A DNA stretch of 44,897 bases, counting the filler, from an uncultured Methanoregulaceae archaeon (GTDB taxonomy: Archaea; Halobacteriota; Methanomicrobia; Methanomicrobiales; Methanospirillaceae): assembly GCA_964530035.1 (NCBI GenBank). It is 17 parts of 17 records of this genome, joined end to end, with 100 filler letters (N's around TTAATTAATTAA, not from the genome) between each part and the next. Parts side by side here need not be neighbours in the genome. Positions count along the whole stretch, not along the records: positions 41,405 to 43,136 come from CAZGXZ010000228.1; positions 43,237 to 44,897 come from CAZGXZ010000229.1; 15 more parts are not named here. The stretch is one strand, 5' to 3'. The position numbers and the translations under genes were made by a program. Positions within the stretch are counted from its first letter, which is position 1; each line of letters starts with the position of its first letter. Positions 42,159 to 44,897 of the stretch are shown piece after piece. The notes beneath the pieces are model-generated. The model ran no database searches. It was given only the letters and a program-made list of their open reading frames with translations, and had not been told where the DNA came from.

Positions 42159-42953
42159 ATCAGGTCTGCCGGGAACCACAACCACGACCTCATCCCTGTT
42201 TCAGCCGTTGTACAGGCAGCCCGATGCCCGGCGAGGTACGCATTTGGACGTGACCAGCCTTATGAGGAGCCACCACGCTACACCATCTGCCGCCAGGTAG
42301 CCTCGTGGCTCCTCAAAACGTCTGCCCGCGAATATGATGCCGGTCAGCCGTGTTACAGGGGACCCGGACCTTTTCCCGAGGAGGTCTGGGACGAGATCTG
42401 CCTTGTGTTGGACCTGCCAGAAGAAGTCCCCCAGGATCTGACCAGTCAACCCGGACCATCCGGGGAATCCAGGGAATATCGCTCTTTTTTCGAAACCTGT
42501 ATCTCGACATGGCACGGATGCAGCTTCCCACCCGGTACCGACGAGGACGTCGCGGTCTCTTCCAGGCGTTTTGGTATAACGGGCTCTATTGACATCTATG
42601 ACCGCAGGCTCGGCACCTTTATAGTTGTCAGGGCGTCCCGGGCTCCTCCCCATGGAGTCTGGCTGTCGGACAGGATGAGGGTGACCGCCTACATGCATGC
42701 CCTCGCCGAAACGTTCCCTGAAAAGGGCAGTCCCGTTCAGGGATTCGTGACATACGTCCCGGACGGAGCCGTACGGACACATGTCCCGTCCGCCCGCGAC
42801 GACCGGGCCCTTATCAGGGCGGTCCGGTCTGTCAGGCACATCAACGCGGGAGGAGTGCCGGAAAAGCCGGTGAACCCACCATGCACCGGCTGCCCGTTCA
42901 GGGACCGCTGCAGTCCTTCCGGTGGCCGGAGGCTCAGGGACCTTTTTTACTAG
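42159..42953 (+). CDS. Solo Dna2/Cas4-like protein; start codon uncertain
   Basis: Frame open 42126-42953 with N-terminal IPVSAV..ARCPAR, GSID and C-terminal CxxCPFxxxC. No canonical start before 42405. Confidence 0.72.
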   Translation: MRSAGNHNHDLIPVSAVVQAARCPARYAFGRDQPYEEPPRYTICRQVASWLLKTSAREYDAGQPCYRGPGPFPEEVWDEICLVLDLPEEVPQDLTSQPGPSGESREYRSFFETCISTWHGCSFPPGTDEDVAVSSRRFGITGSIDIYDRRLGTFIVVRASRAPPHGVWLSDRMRVTAYMHALAETFPEKGSPVQGFVTYVPDGAVRTHVPSARDDRALIRAVRSVRHINAGGVPEKPVNPPCTGCPFRDRCSPSGGRRLRDLFY

Positions 42954-43236
42954 TGACACTGAATCGGGGGGCTGCCGCCTGCCCAGCCCCCTGCATACGA
43001 TAGCCATGGCACGCCGTTGGCGATTCCATTTCAGGATTGTTTATGGCACATTTTTGTTGTTTTTAGTCTTGAGGACGGTGTTTTCCGGTTCAAACTCTTC
43101 ATGAAAGGCCGTGAAACCGCCGCCGGAGCGCCCTTCNNNNNNNNNNNNNNNNNNNNNNNNNNNNNNNNNNNNNNNNNNNNTTAATTAATTAANNNNNNNN
43201 NNNNNNNNNNNNNNNNNNNNNNNNNNNNNNNNNNNN

Positions 43237-43694
43237 CCGCGGTTTATCTGAGTCCTCTGTCTGATATCAGCTCCTGTATGGACGGCTTTTGTAAGACAGA
43301 CCTCGAGGAAGTTATCACAACTGCCCGCTTCCAGGGAAGTTGCAAGGGCTGCCCTGATCTGCCCGAGGATCTGGTCTTCACCGACTATCATGGAATCAAC
43401 ACCGCAGGCCACCTCGAGCAGGTGACGCAGGGCATCGACACCGGACAGCAGGGAGAAATGGTCCCTCCCCTGCTCATGGAGGAACTGTGCAAGCGCATCG
43501 GCCTCGCCATGGACGATGACTTCGACCCGGTTGCAGGTCTGCAGGAGGACCACTCCCCTGAAATGCTCTCTGGCACGGCGCAGGAATGCGTGTTCATCCT
43601 CGAACCGAAACATCTCGAGGACCTTGGCATCGGACCGGTGATGACTTACCCCTGCCACGGCAAGGGGCGAGAACAAGGGTTCAGGACCCTGCAT
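43237..43694 (-). CDS. hemA: Glutamyl-tRNA reductase (3' truncated)
   Basis: GVSHH, LQTCNRVE, HLLEVACGVDSMIVGEDQILGQ. Confidence 0.97.
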
Positions 43695-44307
43695 ACCGTT
43701 CCTCCACGAGCGCCCAGGCACGTCCGGGGTCTGTTGCAAGGAGACCCCACACTTCTTCGTCACGAACCGCTGCATTCAGGAGTTCGGCACGTCTCGCCTG
43801 GGGGATTCCACTATCTTTCAGCCAGGCGCGCAGCCTTTCCTGGAGATCGACCATGCCATCGATACAGGGCAGGGACGACTCGAGGTGTTCACGGACAAAA
43901 CGGGCAACGGCAGGGCTCTTCCCGAAGGTGCTTACCGCAAGGCAGTAGTTTTTTCCCTTCAACAACGAGGGGATGATGACATCTCCTGCCATTCCGTCGG
44001 TATTGTTGAAAAAAATCCCTCTCTCCCGGCATATCCTTCCAATCCGGTCATTTGCCCTTTTATCAGGGAGCGCACCGATGACCAGGAACGCCCCCTGTAC
44101 CTGGTCACGCAGCTCACCGTCCGTCATTCCGGATACGTCACGCTCTATGCAAGTACAGGGGATCGTATCGAAATGACCATCAAATGACCGGGAAATAACC
44201 CGGATGTCAAGCTCCCCGGAAAGAAATGCTGCCTTTCGGAAAGCTACCCTCCCTCCCCCGAATATGACTGCAGTGCGGCCTGCAGGGGATAGCATCAGGG
44301 GAATCAT
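43681..44307 (-). CDS. sirC: Precorrin-2 dehydrogenase / sirohydrochlorin ferrochelatase
   Basis: MIPL, IFGGGRVAFRK, AVSTFGKSP. Overlaps the hemA start. Confidence 0.92.
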   Translation of the reverse strand: MIPLMLSPAGRTAVIFGGGRVAFRKAAFLSGELDIRVISRSFDGHFDTIPCTCIERDVSGMTDGELRDQVQGAFLVIGALPDKRANDRIGRICRERGIFFNNTDGMAGDVIIPSLLKGKNYCLAVSTFGKSPAVARFVREHLESSLPCIDGMVDLQERLRAWLKDSGIPQARRAELLNAAVRDEEVWGLLATDPGRAWALVEERYAGS

Positions 44308-44469
44308 ACCATCATAATCTGCTTCTGGATCTATCTTAACCTACCCTGGTTCGCATGACACCATCGCGGGCCTTGTTTGAGCATATGACTCCTCAACTGC
44401 CGGACCGGTTCTGTGAGCACAAAAAATGTGCCAGGTTGTCACATCAGCCGGATAAAAGTCCGGAAAATA

Positions 44470-44649
44470 GACTCTGGTAGAACACATATGAACGGGCGTT
44501 TGCACCCGGACCATGAAAATCCCCGTCCAAAATATCCTTATTATGAGGCCATTTTCAGCATTTACATAGGAAACCTTATAATCGGAATTGCTGCTGATGG
44601 AGATCTGCCATGAAGAGGTGAATAAACTTGAAGAGTGAGTGGATTTCAA
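44470..44649. repeat. Dispersed intergenic element, copy B
   Basis: Colinear with 18612-18790, with an identical 26-bp core AAATATCCTTATTATGAGGCCATTTT. Confidence 0.85.
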
Positions 44650-44843
44650 GGGGCCGAAAATAAGCCCATTCATGAAAGGGTTTCCTGTCGGCCTGGCAGT
44701 GTATCAATGTATCAATAACGGCTCTTCCCACCCAATTTATTTCAAATGTAATAGGAAACAGGTTGGCTGATACCCAGGTCCGGGTCAGATAAAGTACGAT
44801 ATGCTTATTACGGTACATATCTCACGCTATAGAGCATCCCAAC

Positions 44844-44897
44844 GCGCCGATAGTGTAGTGGTTATCACTAGGCGTTGCCAACGCCTAAACCCGGGTT
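44844..44897 (+). tRNA. tRNA-Gly(GCC), truncated at window end
   Basis: GCGCCGA acceptor 5' strand, D-arm, AGGCG-TTGCCAA-CGCCT anticodon arm, start of T-arm CCGGGTT. Confidence 0.93.

Noticed and set aside
42159..42953. CRISPR-Cas locus
   Set aside because: Only a solo Cas4-like gene, with no cas1/cas2 or array visible in the window.
42201..43007. 268-aa minus-strand ORF and many similar antisense ORFs (e.g. 9483-10280, 30948-31772, 37970-38758)
   Set aside because: Shadow ORFs opposite recognisable genes in GC-rich DNA, with no motifs.
43098..43108. TTCATGAAAGG shared with 44669-44679
   Set aside because: An 11-bp match with no convincing extension.
44341..44818. Short ORFs between sirC and tRNA-Gly as genes
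   Set aside because: No recognisable family. They overlap the dispersed repeat, and the matching frame in copy A is broken.

Overview
This window is not one locus. It is 17 short contigs (about 1.7-3.1 kb, in decreasing size order) joined by 100-nt artificial linkers (N-run + TTAATTAATTAA + N-run), so gene neighbourhood is only meaningful within a contig. Gene content points to a methanogenic archaeon, probably Methanomicrobiales (inference): egsA, archaeal gltX/alaS, archease-rtcB, split archaeal glutamate synthase, DUF2111, UPF0179 and a DUF39 homocysteine-biosynthesis protein. Most genes are housekeeping and many are cut by contig ends. The most interesting signals are non-coding. (1) A minus-strand TATA box with a perfect NrpR-type operator (GGAA-N6-TTCC) sits directly upstream of a >400-nt, highly base-paired region diverging from the glutamate synthase genes, a candidate nitrogen-regulated sRNA or structured leader. 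(2) A ~180-bp intergenic element occurs twice on different contigs. (3) Operator-like palindromes lie at a PadR gene and upstream of an exonuclease. Coding oddities include a His-less sensor kinase, a Thermus-like V/A-ATPase, a solo Cas4-like gene with no canonical start codon, a tRNA-Thr with two stem mismatches, and two diverged overlapping pieces of a CBS-pyrophosphatase. All calls are by eye, with no database searches.
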